DNA of 63,981 nucleotides, the filler included, from Choristocarpus tenellus KU-1152 (lineage: Eukaryota; Protista; Phaeophyceae): assembly GCA_964200185.2 (NCBI GenBank). It is 10 parts of 10 records of this genome, joined end to end, with 100 filler letters (N's around TTAATTAATTAA, not from the genome) between each part and the next. Parts side by side here need not be neighbours in the genome. Positions count along the whole stretch, not along the records: positions 1 to 21,774 come from CAXNAD020000325.1; positions 21,875 to 30,617 come from CAXNAD020004378.1; 8 more parts are not named here. The stretch is one strand, 5' to 3'. The translations under genes and the position numbers were made by a program. The notes under the pieces are model-generated. The model searched no databases. It was not told the origin of the DNA and worked only from the letters and a program-made list of their open reading frames with translations. Within the stretch, counting starts at the first letter, position 1. Every line of letters starts with the position of its first letter. Below, piece after piece: positions 12,201 through 25,619 of the stretch.

Positions 12201-15200
12201 ATAGGGATGCATGATCATGAACGACCATTATGTCACCACCGTGCTAAATCATACATCATGTTGTCAAAGGTACGCTCTTACCCTCACCTGCTCCCTTCCA
12301 CTCCATGATATCCCCAGCGTGTCTACACTTTACACCCTCAAGTAGCAAAACACAGCCTCCATAGTAATACCAAAGCTGGCAAAGCAAACTCACCTCTCCC
12401 TAACCTTCGGGAGAATTATGTCCTCCTGAAGAGGGCCTGTATAATCTTTGAGGCAGCGGGCATACAGATTGCTTGTGGCTCAAAGGCAGTAGCAAGAGGA
12501 GAGAGCTGCTACCGCCCAGCAGGTAGGGGAAGTGTACTTTTGTGAAGGTTGAGAAAAGCATGCATAGAGAGGTGACCTTGAGGGTGTGTGTGTTTTTTTT
12601 ACTGAGAGAGGTTCAAGAAATGTGAGATAAGGGATGTAGGGAGCGTTGTGTTTCTTGCAAGCCAAGACAATCAAGTACTTGATTTGTCTTTAAGGGGTTG
12701 CTAAGATACAGCCTGTGTGCTGGTGCTATGTGCATCACCTTTAGATATCCTGGGAGAGGTTGGGATGAAGGAAGGTGTCCTGACAAGTGGGCAACACCTG
12801 TAAAGGTAATGATGTTGAAGCTTCTGAGCAAACAGATATTCTATATTTTTCTGTATGGTTTGGAAATGATGTGCTTTGTACATGTTAGTATTATGTAATC
12901 AATGTGCCCCAATACTCTAAAATATTCAATGATGTGTTGTTTCCACAAGTAGAGCCTGTCACAGCACAAAGAGGACACGGACACCAACTAATGTTGCTGC
13001 AGTCCTGTACTCAAGTACAAGCAATGCTTCATATTTACTATTATATATAGCACGGTAAATTTGAGTACTCCTGTAGTATAGTAGAATGGGTATACAGATG
13101 AAGCATTGTTGAACTAGAACGAGGTCTTTTTCTGAACAGCTTAAGTCCCTTGCTCCCTATCCCCACGGAGCCGATTCCTCCATCTTCATATGATAATCAG
13201 TGCACCCTTCTCACCTGAATTATTGTTTCATCCATGTTTCTTCTTGAATCTGTCTACTTTGTTTTAGGAGAGTAGGAGCACAGCCAATGGGGTTGGAGGT
13301 AGTGGGGCTGGTGAGGGTGTGTGTGAAGAGGGGTTTTTCAGTGCAGCAGAGCAGGACGTCAGTGAGGCAGGCAGGAGTAGGGTATTCAACAAGAGGGGAC
13401 TCTGTGGGTGCTAAGGTATACTATTTTGAAGCAATTGATCAGCTAAGAGGCCTGCTTACTTACGAGATTGATCTTAGTTGGTGTATGTTGTACTCTGATG
13501 TCAGCTGTTGCTGAATGAGCATGTTGAACGCTGAAAGGAAAAGAGTCCAGTTGTATGATACTCATACAATGAAGCGCCACAAGGTAACCTTGCAAGGACG
13601 GTATTCAATATCTGTGATCGAATCTCGGTTATATATTGGCAACAAAACCTGCTGCTTGTATCGTCATCGTATGGTGGGGATAGCTGTGGGCACTATTGCC
13701 CCGAACAATGGCTCTTACCCAGACATACCGACATTTCTTGACTTTCATTGAAGTATATTTCCGTTTTTCTTGCCCCACAACTTTTCGATTTATTTCAAGC
13801 AGCTCTTCTCATTTCATCATTCATGAGTAGGGAAATCCTGGAGCCCACTCAAAGGGAGTGCAGCCTTGTAATTCCCTGCAAGGCGGATGGAAATTGTTAT
13901 ATCCATGCGAATATGGTTATATTGCTGCACCCTTAGACAAGGATCCAGCAAAGCTGCAACGCCTTCAAGGCACTCAAAATCGTATGGGAAAAGGGTCTCA
14001 CTGTGGATGGCTCCACCTCAGACCAGGTGGCTAACTCTCAAAAATATTCATTCAAGTAGTAGCACCTACAGGCATGCGCACTACATTATATATATACATA
14101 TATTTACTTGTTCATAATCCAGAGTTGAGGTTGAGTTCAATGTTGGTGACTGTCATTTGTCCTGATTGAGTCCATGATTAGGGGCTCTTACTGTGTGAAG
14201 GCATATATGTTTGGGTAGTACTTGAGTACAAATCTCTATTGTCTTGATGCAACAGCATAATGAAAAACTCCCCTCAAGCATGCTGTGGACTGTGTGCTAA
14301 GTTGAACTGTGTGTATGTGTGTATGAGTGTGTTCACCATTATAATTTGGATCAGGAAAGGTATGAGAGCCTGTAATGCCCATATGCTCTCCATTTTGAAA
14401 TGTATATGCTTCGAAGTATATACTCTCATGTTTTTTGCACTCTTAAGAGAATTTGGATAGGCATATTGGTTGGGGCAATGTAAACAGTCTATGCCCTCAA
14501 TTGAACAATAGGCAGTATATTCAAGAATTCTGAACTACCACCGTCTGTTGACGATTTCTTCACAAGTCCTTTATCTGGCCTGCTGCCACTTCTTGATACT
14601 GGGAGGACTTTAAACAAAAACTTAGTATACAGTTTGGGTAACATTGGCAACATGTTCAACAAGCCCTATGTACTTGGTACAATTTTCTATTTTCCGTAGG
14701 CAGATACTGTGCAAATTCTTAGCTTTTGGACCTACGTTATGTATACTATTTCAATATTATCAACAGTTGGATGTCTCCAATAACTACGTATGGGAACATC
14801 TTTAAACCTTCTTTGCAGTGACATCTTGACATTCTAAGGGGATGCTCATTGAATAGTTATTAACTGCTTTGTGTTTCAAATATATATATGTGTTCTCAAT
14901 GAGGTATTATAAAGTTTGATCAGTTAACTTCAATTTCTCTGTTGAGACATGTTGGCAAGAAGAATTCTGGAAGTGGCATACTTATTAAATAGTTGGTACC
15001 ATTGTGGATCATCTATTATCTCTAGAACTTGAGAACGGGAAACCTGTAGTCAGGCACATTAATAGTGTTCTTCTGTTGTGATTTTACTCTGAGAAGATGC
15101 TATCTTTTATACACTTCACTTTTGAATATGAGTTTCCTACAATGTAAACAAACATGTTCCCAGTGAGTTATCACTGTTTAACGCCGGAGTCCACTTTATA

Positions 15201-16082
15201 GAGCACATTGAGGACTACGTCAACATATCATCTTTGTGTGTTACAGAGTAATCAAAGAAAGTTTGAACAACATTTCATCTCCAAGAATATGATATAATTG
15301 AATACATATACTGGTTGCACAGGCAGCTTATAATCATCAGAGCCCACATAGATTATTTTATAGTGCTGTGCCCACACACACTTTGCAGGGGCATTTCAAT
15401 CTCAGTAAGCTTGTTTGTCCTGTTCAAGCAAAACCACAAATGTTGCTTGAACAGTGTATTTGCATCATCCCGGTGCCACAGAGATGACTTGGTCTAGGGT
15501 TCTACGTAGCGTGTACTTCAGAAGTATCGCAACATATGCATATATATATATATATATTTTAGACAAATTCAGAGGACGGGGTGCTATCTGAAGTAATCTG
15601 TGGGCCATCAACCCACAAGCTGTGGACACTCCCTGAGGGGTCCTCAATCTTGGTGTTTCCCGTCTTCTTTCCCCCCCCTGCTGTGGGGAATCCAGAAAGC
15701 GGTTCAGCCAGGATCAGAAACTACAATCCCAGGTCCCTGATTTTTGTCAAATACTAGGATATTGCTGTATCGCCGTGACAGATGGTGCATTGATGGCCCA
15801 AGGAATTTGCCGGGTATTACTCCAACCTCTGATTTGACTGACAATATAATTGAACATTCTTAATATCATTACCTTTTGCCAAGGGTTTCTACGAAAACGT
15901 TTTGTTGGTGTTATGGTAGAGAAATATTAACATGCAGCATCCACAAACCTATGATCAGAAAGGCAATACAACTAGTCAAATGAACAATGCACTATGTTCC
16001 TCCCTTTCCCGACTCTCATAGTCACTAATCAAGGTGCAATATGCTGTCAGTGTTGTGGATGCACTCTCTTTCGTTGACAATC

Positions 16083-16358
16083 TTGGCAAAGGGAAAGGTG
16101 AGGTGGACACGGAACACCAGGCAATAGGGTTGCTACTAGAAGACTTTGAGGGTTCCATTGACATGGGCTTGGTGCTTCTTGTGGGGATGGCTCACCTTGG
16201 GGGTCTTGCAATGCTGAGGCAGGCATACCACGTTGCGGTGAGAGCTTTCATAAACTCTTGCCCATTTCCATGACAAACACGAACTAACCTTTTTACTTCA
16301 ATCAGTATTCACCCCATATGACCCTGTGCATGCGTTGACACGTCTATATTTGACTAGG
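16083..16358 (+). repeat. Direct repeat copy 1 (copy 2 at 17779-18045)
   Basis: About 270 bp aligned by eye, e.g. GGCAATAGGGTTGCTAC...GACTTTGAGGGTTC..TTGACATGGG in both copies. Confidence 0.9.
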
Positions 16359-16472
16359 TCAGATAACTCGACATATAGACAAGTACTATGTTTGAAGGAT
16401 AACCCCGCTGTAGTACTTCCGACTATGAGATCAGGCAATCCATGACACTCGTAAGGCACACAGGACATCTTA

Positions 16473-17013
16473 GTGCCATAGTATCTTAGAGGGGGGGGGT
16501 ATTTAGCCCAGCTTGTCCACTCAGGGCTTGATGGGGTGTTGAGAAATTCCCAATTTTGATGCCTATTTTGAGAGTGATTATCCTTCAGAATTGGTTCAGG
16601 GGGGGGGATGGAAAAGGAAGGTTTTTTCGGATAAAGGAAATGAGCCAAAGTATCTTAGAGGGTAGAGCCGCGTCCATTTGAGGGCTAAAATCTAATGTTG
16701 CGATTTTGATGTAATTTTGGCTATCGTGTCTGTTAGGAAGTATCAATATCCATGTTTCGGAAACACATTTTCATAGTGTACACACTTTCCCTACTCTGAA
16801 ACATTTTGGAGTAGGAAAATGTCATAAAAGAACCCATGGGAAGCCAAGCCCCAAATGGACAAACAGGGCAAAACTCATACCCTCTAAGATACTTTCACTC
16901 AAATTGCTATTTCATCAGACACGTTCACTCAGATGACATGGGTATCACTACAAACTCACACCGACCCTGAATGGGCACCTGCCCCCCCCTGGGTCTCAGA
17001 GGATCATTGGCAC
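16473..17013. mobile_element. Older TIR element (family D) carrying a nested family A MITE
   Basis: Left end GTGCCATAGTATCTTAGAGGGGGGG, right end CCCCCCCC...AGAGGATCATTGGCAC. Imperfect TIR resembling families A and B. No clear TSD. Confidence 0.55.
16642..16900 (-). mobile_element. MITE family A, 4-bp TSD AAAT
   Basis: GAGCCAAAGTATCTTAGAGGGTA ... TACCCTCTAAGATACTTTCACTC, flanked by AAAT. Confidence 0.92.
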
Positions 17014-18346
17014 ACTATAGAGATAAAAAAAGGGGAGAAGGAAGAACAGAGATGAGTACTTGTTGCTGTAATGTGCAATGTATACCCTGGACTATTTTAA
17101 CTTACATGACAATGTTCTGTTGGATTGGAAAACGTCTTGGAATTGGAAACCCTTCGAAATTTGAGGGCTGCTTGGGGCTTAAGGTAGAGATAGTTAGGAC
17201 AAATAGAGTGCATAGGGTTGGATCTGGCTTACATTGCCAGTTGCATCTTGAATACTGCTCTCTGCTGAGAATGGTGAAGGGCTCAATGTCCAATCCAAGA
17301 ACAGAAGAAGCTGCCCCAACTTAGATTCCCAGTCGATGAGAACCTCATAGTGCTCTGACCGAAAATAGAGTTGGAAGCCATCAATCGTTATGCTTTCTTC
17401 CCTAGAGCCGATGCATTGTCATCTTGACCAAGGAGTACTCCTTTGTATTCATGCGAGCACGATAGAGGAAATAGGGATGCATTAGTTCTTCTAGGAGAAG
17501 GGCTGTCAATCACAATAGGAGGAGCATCAGGACGAGACAATATAAGAGTGGAAGAAGCATCATGGAAGCAATTTAAGGGCACTTACCTCAATGTTTCCAT
17601 CGTACCCTCGGTAGTCCATGGGAAGCACCAAGTCCAGAGCCCATTCCAGTCCTCCGACTCTACCACCAAGAGGAGACATAATAGAGCAAACCCTCTGTGT
17701 GTTGAGCACCTCATTTGTAGTGTCGTTGTTTTGGTCAACAGCCTGCAGTTTCATGTGTCCGACAAGTTGCATTCAAGTTTGCCAAAGGGCAAGGTGGGGT
17801 GGATACCGAACACCGGGCAATAGGGTTGCTACCAGATGACTTTGAGGGTTCTATTGACATGGGATTAGTGCTTCTTGGGAGGATGGCTCACCTTGAGGGT
17901 TTTGCAATGTTGAGGCAGGTAAACCACGTTGCAGTGAGAGCTTTCATATTTCCATCACAGACAACACGAACCAACCTTTTTGGCTCACTCAGCATTCACC
18001 TCATAAGACCCTGTGCATGCATTGATACGTCTATATTTAACTAGGCAAGACAACATGCCATATGGGCCAGATCCAACCCTATGCACTCTATTTGTCCTAA
18101 CTATCTCTACCCCAAGCCCCAAGCAGCCCTCAAATTTCGAAGGGTTTCCAATTCCAAGGTACGAGAATGCCAAGAAGTTTTCCAATCCAACAGAATATTG
18201 TCATGTAAGTTAAAATAGTCCACAGTGACAAGTACTCATCTCTGTTCTTCCTTTTCCCATTTTTTTTTTCTCTATAGTGTGCCAATGATCCTCAGGGGGG
18301 GGCAGGTACCCATTCAGGTTCGCTGTGAGTTTGTAGTGATACTCAT
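16938..18346. repeat. Long inverted repeat: arms 16938-17228 and 18066-18346
   Basis: The arms are reverse complements (ATAGAGTGCATAGGGTTGGATCTGGC / GCCAGATCCAACCCTATGCACTCTAT), with small indels. Confidence 0.9.
17779..18045 (+). repeat. Direct repeat copy 2 (copy 1 at 16083-16358)
   Basis: See copy 1. The ORF track shows matching peptides DTEH.AIGLL..DFEGSIDMGLVLL in both. Confidence 0.9.
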
Positions 18347-18555
18347 CCATTTCAATTTTGTGGATGTTCAGTTACCTAGCTGTTTGAAAGATTAGTTATT
18401 GAAAATACGGAAATAGTTTCAGATTTTGTTTGCGTCAATTTTCATGAAAAGGCCAACGAGATTAATGGAACCGGTTATATCTTAATTAAGGAGGAAACAA
18501 GTATAATAATTTTAGGCTGAAACATTCATCAAAATAAGTATTTCTACCTTGAAGT

Positions 18556-18812
18556 TCGCCAAAGTAAACGAGAAGTACCCTGGTTTTGGTCATTTTGCAT
18601 TTTAAGCCAGTATTTTTTTCTTTTGCAATTCACCCATATTTCTACAGAATGTTAAGTTTGACTTGAAAACATTGATTTCTCTAAAATTGTTTTGAAAATT
18701 AGATGCAATTCAGAAAATCACCTCTACGCATTTGTAAAAATAGACAAATTTTGTGCATGTTTTTTGGCATCCTTCAACTGCAACTCTGGGTACCTCCCAT
18801 TTACTTTGACAC
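18556..18812 (+). mobile_element. MITE family C
   Basis: CGCCAAAGTAAACGAGAAGTACCCTGG ... CTGGGTACCTCCCATTTACTTTGACAC. The internal AAGTTTGACTTGA block is shared with 8059 and 31017. Confidence 0.75.
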
Positions 18813-21774
18813 AGTATATCATATGATAACTTTGAATTCTGTGTAGAAACAAAGCGGTCTGCAATAATCTAGATTTGGCACAAAATAATATTTTTTATGT
18901 ATTTCGTAGCATTTGATGTGAGCAGTGGAGAGGAACAAGTGCTTCAAAAAGCGCATATCAACCATATCTAGACCAAAACAAGCACAGTATGTCCCGGGTC
19001 TCCATATTTGGTGCCCCAAATTCGCACTATCCCATGGTCAGTAGAGTCACCATAACTTGGTAGGAGGGAGATGATTCAGTATCAGGGTCTTGTTATTGTC
19101 TTCTGGAACATGTGCTTCTAGCACTCTGGAGGGCAATGTCCCATCGTGTGGATGAACTTCTGTCTCCTCTTCTACAGTCACAGCCTCCTAATGGGGGATA
19201 TCTGCATTTCAGACTTGGGAATTTGAGCAACAGGCATAATGCTCATCAACCTAAGAATACTGATAAGTGCCAAAAATAGACCCCTCTCTTAGACATGATG
19301 CCTCCCAAAACAATATTATCCTCCCACAATCAACCAGAATCACTGGTTGGGGGAGCATGCTCTCTCGGCTAGTCAATGCACTCACCAATTGGGATAGCCT
19401 TCACTCTCCTCACACCATTGGATTGTGTCCACTCTACCACCTGCGATATCCTGGACTCTATTGCAGGTTGGAGCTAGATCATGTGATACTTGTAGAGGAA
19501 ATTATAGTGGGTCTTAGATCTAGGTAGTGAAAGACCAAGGGCAACTTCCAAATAGACCTAACCATCACTCTGCCAACACCTCAGAATACTTAATGCTCTA
19601 CATCAGATTTCCTCCAAGGTATTGTATACAGGAAAATACAGGCAAATGGATGGAAGTAGAAACGACTGATCATCAGTGACAGCTCGAGTGGTTGCTGAGA
19701 CTCGCACATGACAAGAGGTGACCAAGAATGGCTTGATACAGCAAACATGGTGCTTGGCATGGCATTTTGTGGTGGAACCCTTCTCTGTTGGATCCAACCA
19801 TAGCACCTGATTCTTGTTCTAGCTTCTGTTGCAACAATAAAAATACTCTGGAGAATACTCTAGAGCACATGATTGAGCTCAGACCCTTCATGCAACGACT
19901 TTACGATTGAAACCAGACACTAAATGCTCTGATAGCACTTCCTCAAATGCCATGCATATTTTTGCTCTATCACAGGTCCTCGAATTTGATGCCAGATTGG
20001 GGCTGACCTTGAAGGCAAGCCTGGAATTCACACAGCTTTAATGGCACTCATGAGCATAGACTTCCCCGATTTGATGCTTCTAGTATGTTGATACTGTTGT
20101 TGCAGATGTGCTTGGCTGAACCTTACCACCAGCCTCATGTGTGAGTTTGGATCACGTATTTGTTTGAGTGTGTATGGTGGAAAATTAAAGATGAGTGAGA
20201 AGTAGGAGGCAAAAATATTGATTTTGATTTTGCGACAGTTGCAAAACGGAGAATGCTGATTGAGTGTATCGAGTGAAGTTTAGGGAGTACTATAGTTGGC
20301 TAATTCAAACATCTCTGTTCCTGTAATGACCTCGAAGGGAAGGTGGATTGTCCCCTCGTTGTCAACAGGCATTCATTTTCGAAGTACGTAGTTTCACGAA
20401 CAGGTATCACCAATTTGAGGTTTAGAGTAGACGACCTCCAACACGTCTTTGAGACTGAGGCTTGATTTGGTGTAAGGGCAACAGGTACATGATTTAAGTG
20501 TCATTAAAACTGGGAATGATAGATTTTATCTTTATTGTAATATTTCAACTTTGATATCGTAATACGTAGTAGTAATGTACATTGAAGGAACCATGAAGGA
20601 CGAGGATTCAAAGCAGATGCGGAAGAGGGTGTGGTCTTTGTGACAGTGGTTACATGCCAAAGTGCTGATGAGTGACATTTTTCACAATGCAGGGCAATGG
20701 TTTATTGTGCAGGTTCACAGTGTAAGATCGGCTCAATATAAAATTAATTAGTCAATATATATTTTGCCCTTCATCTTGTTCTTGTCCATGGGTTACCCTG
20801 CCTCATTTGTCTCATTTCATACATGTGCTTACTTTTTCAACTTCGGAAGTAGTCAATACAACAAAACATACATTATATTGTGTTGATGTGGCGAAATTTG
20901 GGCCTTCAGCCCTACCTAGCCAGGCAAAGTACACTGGTGGCCTCACCATCTATCTATAGTTCCAGTTGTAGCAGCACTCCTTTAGTTTTGATGCTAAATT
21001 ACCTTTTTGAATATCAAGTAGAGTTAGTTGTAAAACAGCACTGAAGATACTAAGCTACATCTGGATCATCACGATTAGCTGACTACCAATATATTTTAAG
21101 ATTGATTATTCTGTTGGCTTGTTGTTTGTGTTTCATATAAATGCATGACTACTCGACATCTGTGCTACCTTTGGTATGATCTTGATGTGGATAATGATCA
21201 GCTTGCTTTCAAAGGCCTGGTGCACAACATGTTAGAACATGTTATGTTGCAGAGCACTCCTCATATTATGGTCAACATTCCCCAAGGTGAAAACTTTGAG
21301 GCCTTGAATGGTGGCCTCGAACTGATAGTGATGGCTGCCTTCCAATCTACATAAACAAGAACACTCTTGAGAGATCTGTGCCGTGCAAGGTCTTTACCAG
21401 ATGGTGATGTGGGTTAGACTCTCTTCTCGGAAAATATCCTTCGTAACATGATTGGACACCAGCGCCACACCACCTACAACAAAAAATGGGTAGTAGACAG
21501 AGATGAATAAGCACATCCGCAATAAAAGAACAAACCGGTAGTATCCTCACCCCCTCACATCGCCCACCCACCACACCACACCACTACTACCATACTACCA
21601 CTATATGCACTATTACAACGAGTCCCCCTGCTGCTTATTTTAATGAACAAGGCGCTTGTACTGGACACTTCATCAACCTTCTCCCCACCATAAAACATCG
21701 GTCTCATCTTGGCAGTTGAATCTGTTAAAGTATCCCCAAAATCATCAAAGAGGATAAAGGTGATAAACCCGGTG

Positions 21775-21874
21775 NNNNNNNNNNNNNNNNNNNNNNNNNN
21801 NNNNNNNNNNNNNNNNNNTTAATTAATTAANNNNNNNNNNNNNNNNNNNNNNNNNNNNNNNNNNNNNNNNNNNN
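21775..21874. other. Artificial contig linker N44-TTAATTAATTAA-N44 (also 30618-30717, 33690-33789, 37611-37710, 42129-42228, 46127-46226, 49468-49567, 54467-54566, 61149-61248)
   Basis: The same 100-bp pattern occurs nine times. The 12-mer gives stop codons in all six frames. Confidence 0.98.
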
Positions 21875-21961
21875 AAAGTTGTTTAAGACTTTCTCTCCGC
21901 CTGCATTCATTCGAGAAATCAACACAATTTTCGATCAACTCAAGTCTGTCCTCCCTCGCCC

Positions 21962-22291
21962 TTGCGCCTTGATGATAAAATATCACCCACCCAGGAAACA
22001 TGGACGACGCCCATTTCCGGCGCTCAACGAGGAAATGTGATAGTAAAGGCTCTAACACTGAGAATTCAGTACCTGTGTGTGAACGACAGGAAAGACTGTC
22101 AAACAGCACTCGAGATGGCAGCTGGATATGCAATGGTCAGATCGGAAACTGTGAGTAAATGGGAGAGAGACTTCCTAACTAAGGGCCACATCAATGTGTC
22201 GGAGCGAGGGCGCTACGAGAGGCGTTTCATTCTGGGCCTTGACAAGGACATCCTTGCCGAGGTCAAAGAGTGGGTGCGCGAACACACATGA
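21962..22291 (+). pseudogene. Truncated N-terminal region of a putative DNA transposase (IS630/Tc1-like)
   Basis: AAGYAMVRSETVSKWERDF...SERGRYERRFIL..DKDILAEVKEWVREH resembles, from memory, the HTH plus 'S.RG.Y/H...L.DE...WVR' segment of eukaryotic DDE transposases. No catalytic domain follows. Confidence 0.45.
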
Positions 22292-22655
22292 AGAAATGAT
22301 GGGAAAGTTTTTTCCCGCCTAAACCCTATACTTTAATCAAGTTATAGTACATCTGTTCCCACTCTTCGGGACCTACAATCGAGAGCTCGAACTCGAATAT
22401 GAGCACTCTTTCTTCAAAAAAGAAAAATGGCGATTAAAAAAAAAAAATTCGATGTCTACATCAAAAATTATGATTGGACAACCCCAAAGGGAGAAACTAC
22501 TGGTACCACTATAATGGTCAGCACTCACATTTTGTGCATTGGTACCACTACTCCTAAATTAAAATCTTGAACAAATGTTTGTTGGTACAACTCATCCTCT
22601 GCAAGACGTGTACAACTACTTGTATTACCACTCCCCCATGTACGAAACTTGTACG

Positions 22656-22904
22656 GAGTCAAAGCAAACGAGACAGTTGCATTATAAGGATGCTAAAAAA
22701 AATCACAAAATTGGACTCTTACTACAAGAGCATGTTATATATTTTCTGAATTCTTTCAGAATGTCTCAAATAATAGAGAAATCAACACTCTTAAGACAAA
22801 CTTGGCACTTGGTCCATAGAAATATGGGTGAATTTTGAAAGATTGACAATCTGGCTTAATATGCAAAGTGACCAAAACCTGGGTACCTCTTATTACTTTG
22901 GCTC
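22656..22904 (-). mobile_element. MITE family C (reverse orientation)
   Basis: GAGTCAAAGCAAACGAG ... CCTGGGTACCTCTTATTACTTTGGCTC. Confidence 0.75.
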
Positions 22905-24501
22905 ACAAATACTTGTTTTACTACCCTCCTATGAAAAATTTTCAAATATTTGTACACACTCTCTCTGCCTGAGAAAGATGTCCAAGCAGGTTCTTAATAC
23001 ATACACAACTACCATTGAATCCCTCTAACATGAATTTTCTTGTGAGCGCAAGTTGTATAAATTACAGCAATAGTTTGTCATTTCGTCAACATCCCATCGT
23101 GTTATTGGAAGATTTGTCCCGGACCACTCTCACATACATGAATAATTAGAATATTTCATCATCACAAATGAGAGAAGTTAACTCCGAAATCCGCGATTTG
23201 TGAGCATGTACACCCCAACGTACAATACTCATATTTATCGCAGGAACGTCATGAATTTGTCAGAAAATGATTTATATGCTGCAAATCGGGTTTGATTTGT
23301 CCAACGACTGGAAGAATTTCGTCTTCTTAAATCCTGTACCAAGGCTGAACAGAGTTTTTTTTAGGGTCATCATGGTTTAGTCCACAACATAGTATGACCG
23401 TGTGAGAAACATTTGACGATGTATGTAAGATTTCATTCATGCTTAGTCTTGGGCAATATTTCGGCATCCACATACATGAGGGATTTCCTGATTAGTGTGC
23501 ATCAACGCAAAAGAAAAACACCCTCACTTTAGAGGTAGTGCTGAAAAGGGTGCAGGTGTTGAGGAAGCTCACAGCCCTCTCCTTGTAGGCACAGATGTGC
23601 TGGAAGGGTTTGTACTATTGCTAGTTGTGGGTAGCCCTTACTGAGTCAACAGGAGTCATCTCAATCGAGAGGTGTGCAAGGTTGCATTACAAGCATCCCC
23701 AGAAATGGCCAAGACACATCAATTTGCACATCGTGGAAAGGGTCTTTTCTCAATTGTTGTGATTTTCTGTGTGAGAAATGGTGGACTAGTTTCTTTTTCG
23801 CAGGCACCTGACTATCTTTCGTCAACTTGTAGTTTCTTTTAGTGTGTGTATTTTACAATTGATTCAAGTCTCCGTGTGTTTGATTTGCTTTTTTCTATTT
23901 GATTGCACATGTTTGTCTGGAGAAGGCTTGGTTTGAATTGTAGATTGATGACGAGCTTCAAACTTGCAGTGGGCGGTGGCAAGGTTTGGTGGAGATGTGC
24001 AAATTGAAGGTGTGGAGTAGGTGTATTTTTGAAGAATGTGTAGTTCGAGTATAGTTGGAGAACGCTACTACGTAAGAGGGAATAAGGAGCTTGTGAAGGT
24101 AGTGGAGAATAAAAAAACCCGCCTTTTGAAGATATTCTTTGCTTTAGATAATATTCTTCCTAGTGTTGTCCAGTACATCACGGGAAATCCACGAAACACA
24201 GTACATGTCGTAGGAATAGAGGGTTTGGTGTGATTATGCTTAGATATTGGAGGACAAAATGTTTAGCAAATATGAAAGCTTAAACACACCAGACACACTA
24301 TTCCGGTGAAGATTGCCTCATGTTGTACGACACAAGATAACCCAAAAAGCATGGTATGAGTCGTCTCACAACTCTCTCTCTCCCCCATTCGCCTCAAAAA
24401 CGAGATGTACCGTGAGAAGAAGAAAAGCGCGTTTTTATTCCCCCCTGTAAGTGAAAGGACAGAATCACCCTGTATCCCACTTCCCGTGTTCACCAACCCT
24501 C

Positions 24502-24760
24502 GACTGAAAGTATATCTCAGAGGGTACGAGTCTTGCCCTGTTTGTCCATTTGGGACTTGGCTTCCCATGGGTTTTTTACAACATTTTCCAACTCCAAAAT
24601 GTTTCAGAGTAGGTAAAATGTGTACGTTATGAAAATGTGTGTTCGGAACAAGGATATTGACACTTTAAAATATTGTGATAGCCAATATTACATCAAAATC
24701 GCAACGCTGGAGTTTTGCACCCAAATGGACGCGGCTCTACCCTCTAATATAATTTGGCTC
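24502..24760 (+). mobile_element. MITE family A, 3-bp TSD CTC
   Basis: GACTGAAAGTATATCTCAGAGGGTA ... TACCCTCTAATATAATTTGGCTC. Confidence 0.88.
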
Positions 24761-24917
24761 CTCCAGCACCTCATATCTCTCAACAAATATGTGTCATAGA
24801 TTGAACTCGAGGATGAGTCCAAGCGTGCCTCTACCCCAGCATCCCTTGTAGCACTATTTTCTCTATTTCGGTAGGTCTATATCCTCTTGGAGTCACTCTC
24901 CTTCTTTTTTGGGGTGC

Positions 24918-25176
24918 GAGTGGAAGTATCTTAGAGGGTACGAGTTTTGCCCTGTTTGTCCATTTGGGGCTTGGCTTCCCATGGGTTTTATCTCATACAT
25001 TTTCTTACTCCAAAATGTTTCGGAGTAGGTGAAATTATATGTTATGAAAAGGTGTGCCTGGATCAACAGAATTTACACTTACTAACAAACACGATTGCCA
25101 AAATCATATCAAAAACTTAAAATTGGAATTTGACCCTCAAATGGACGTAGGACTACCCTCTAAGATACTTTGGCTC
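24918..25176 (+). mobile_element. MITE family A, 4-bp TSD GTGC
   Basis: GAGTGGAAGTATCTTAGAGGGTA ... TACCCTCTAAGATACTTTGGCTC, flanked by GTGC. Confidence 0.92.
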
Positions 25177-25619
25177 GTGCCGTTCTTCAACTCCATCATG
25201 AAAGCCTCTATGTAGTCACAGACCCACGTTTCACCAATAGTATTCGGCTTTCAGGTTCGCTTGACTTACTTAAATCCCTTTATGAATAAGTATAAGTAGA
25301 CTCTGGAGTATTTTGCAAACTTGCCCTGTTGACTGTTTGGGGGCTGATACTGCGGCCTTTTTGCCATCCTTACCCCCCTCATCATTGAATTATGGCACCT
25401 GCACCCTCAAAGAGGAACTCATCAGTTACACAAAACAGCAGACCTTCACCATTATCCACACCAGAGTCCTCACTTTGCTCCACACCCATGTCACTATCGC
25501 TCTCAACACTCGTCATGGATCCCTCGTCAGTCAAGCCTTGGAGGGCTTCCTTCTAAAATTTGGAGACGAAATCTGCACCATCACCAACATCAAACTCTTT
25601 GCCACCATCCCTGCCCTTC

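Noticed and set aside
17560-17920. DIRS-type tyrosine recombinase relic (minus-strand YCPV motif plus split repeats)
   Set aside because: No HSxR or other catalytic motifs were found, and the inverted arm includes a TIR-element end, which fits a later rearrangement.
21819-21830. TTAATTAATTAA palindrome recurring nine times
   Set aside because: It is always centred in an identical N-padded 100-bp block, so it is an artificial six-frame-stop linker.
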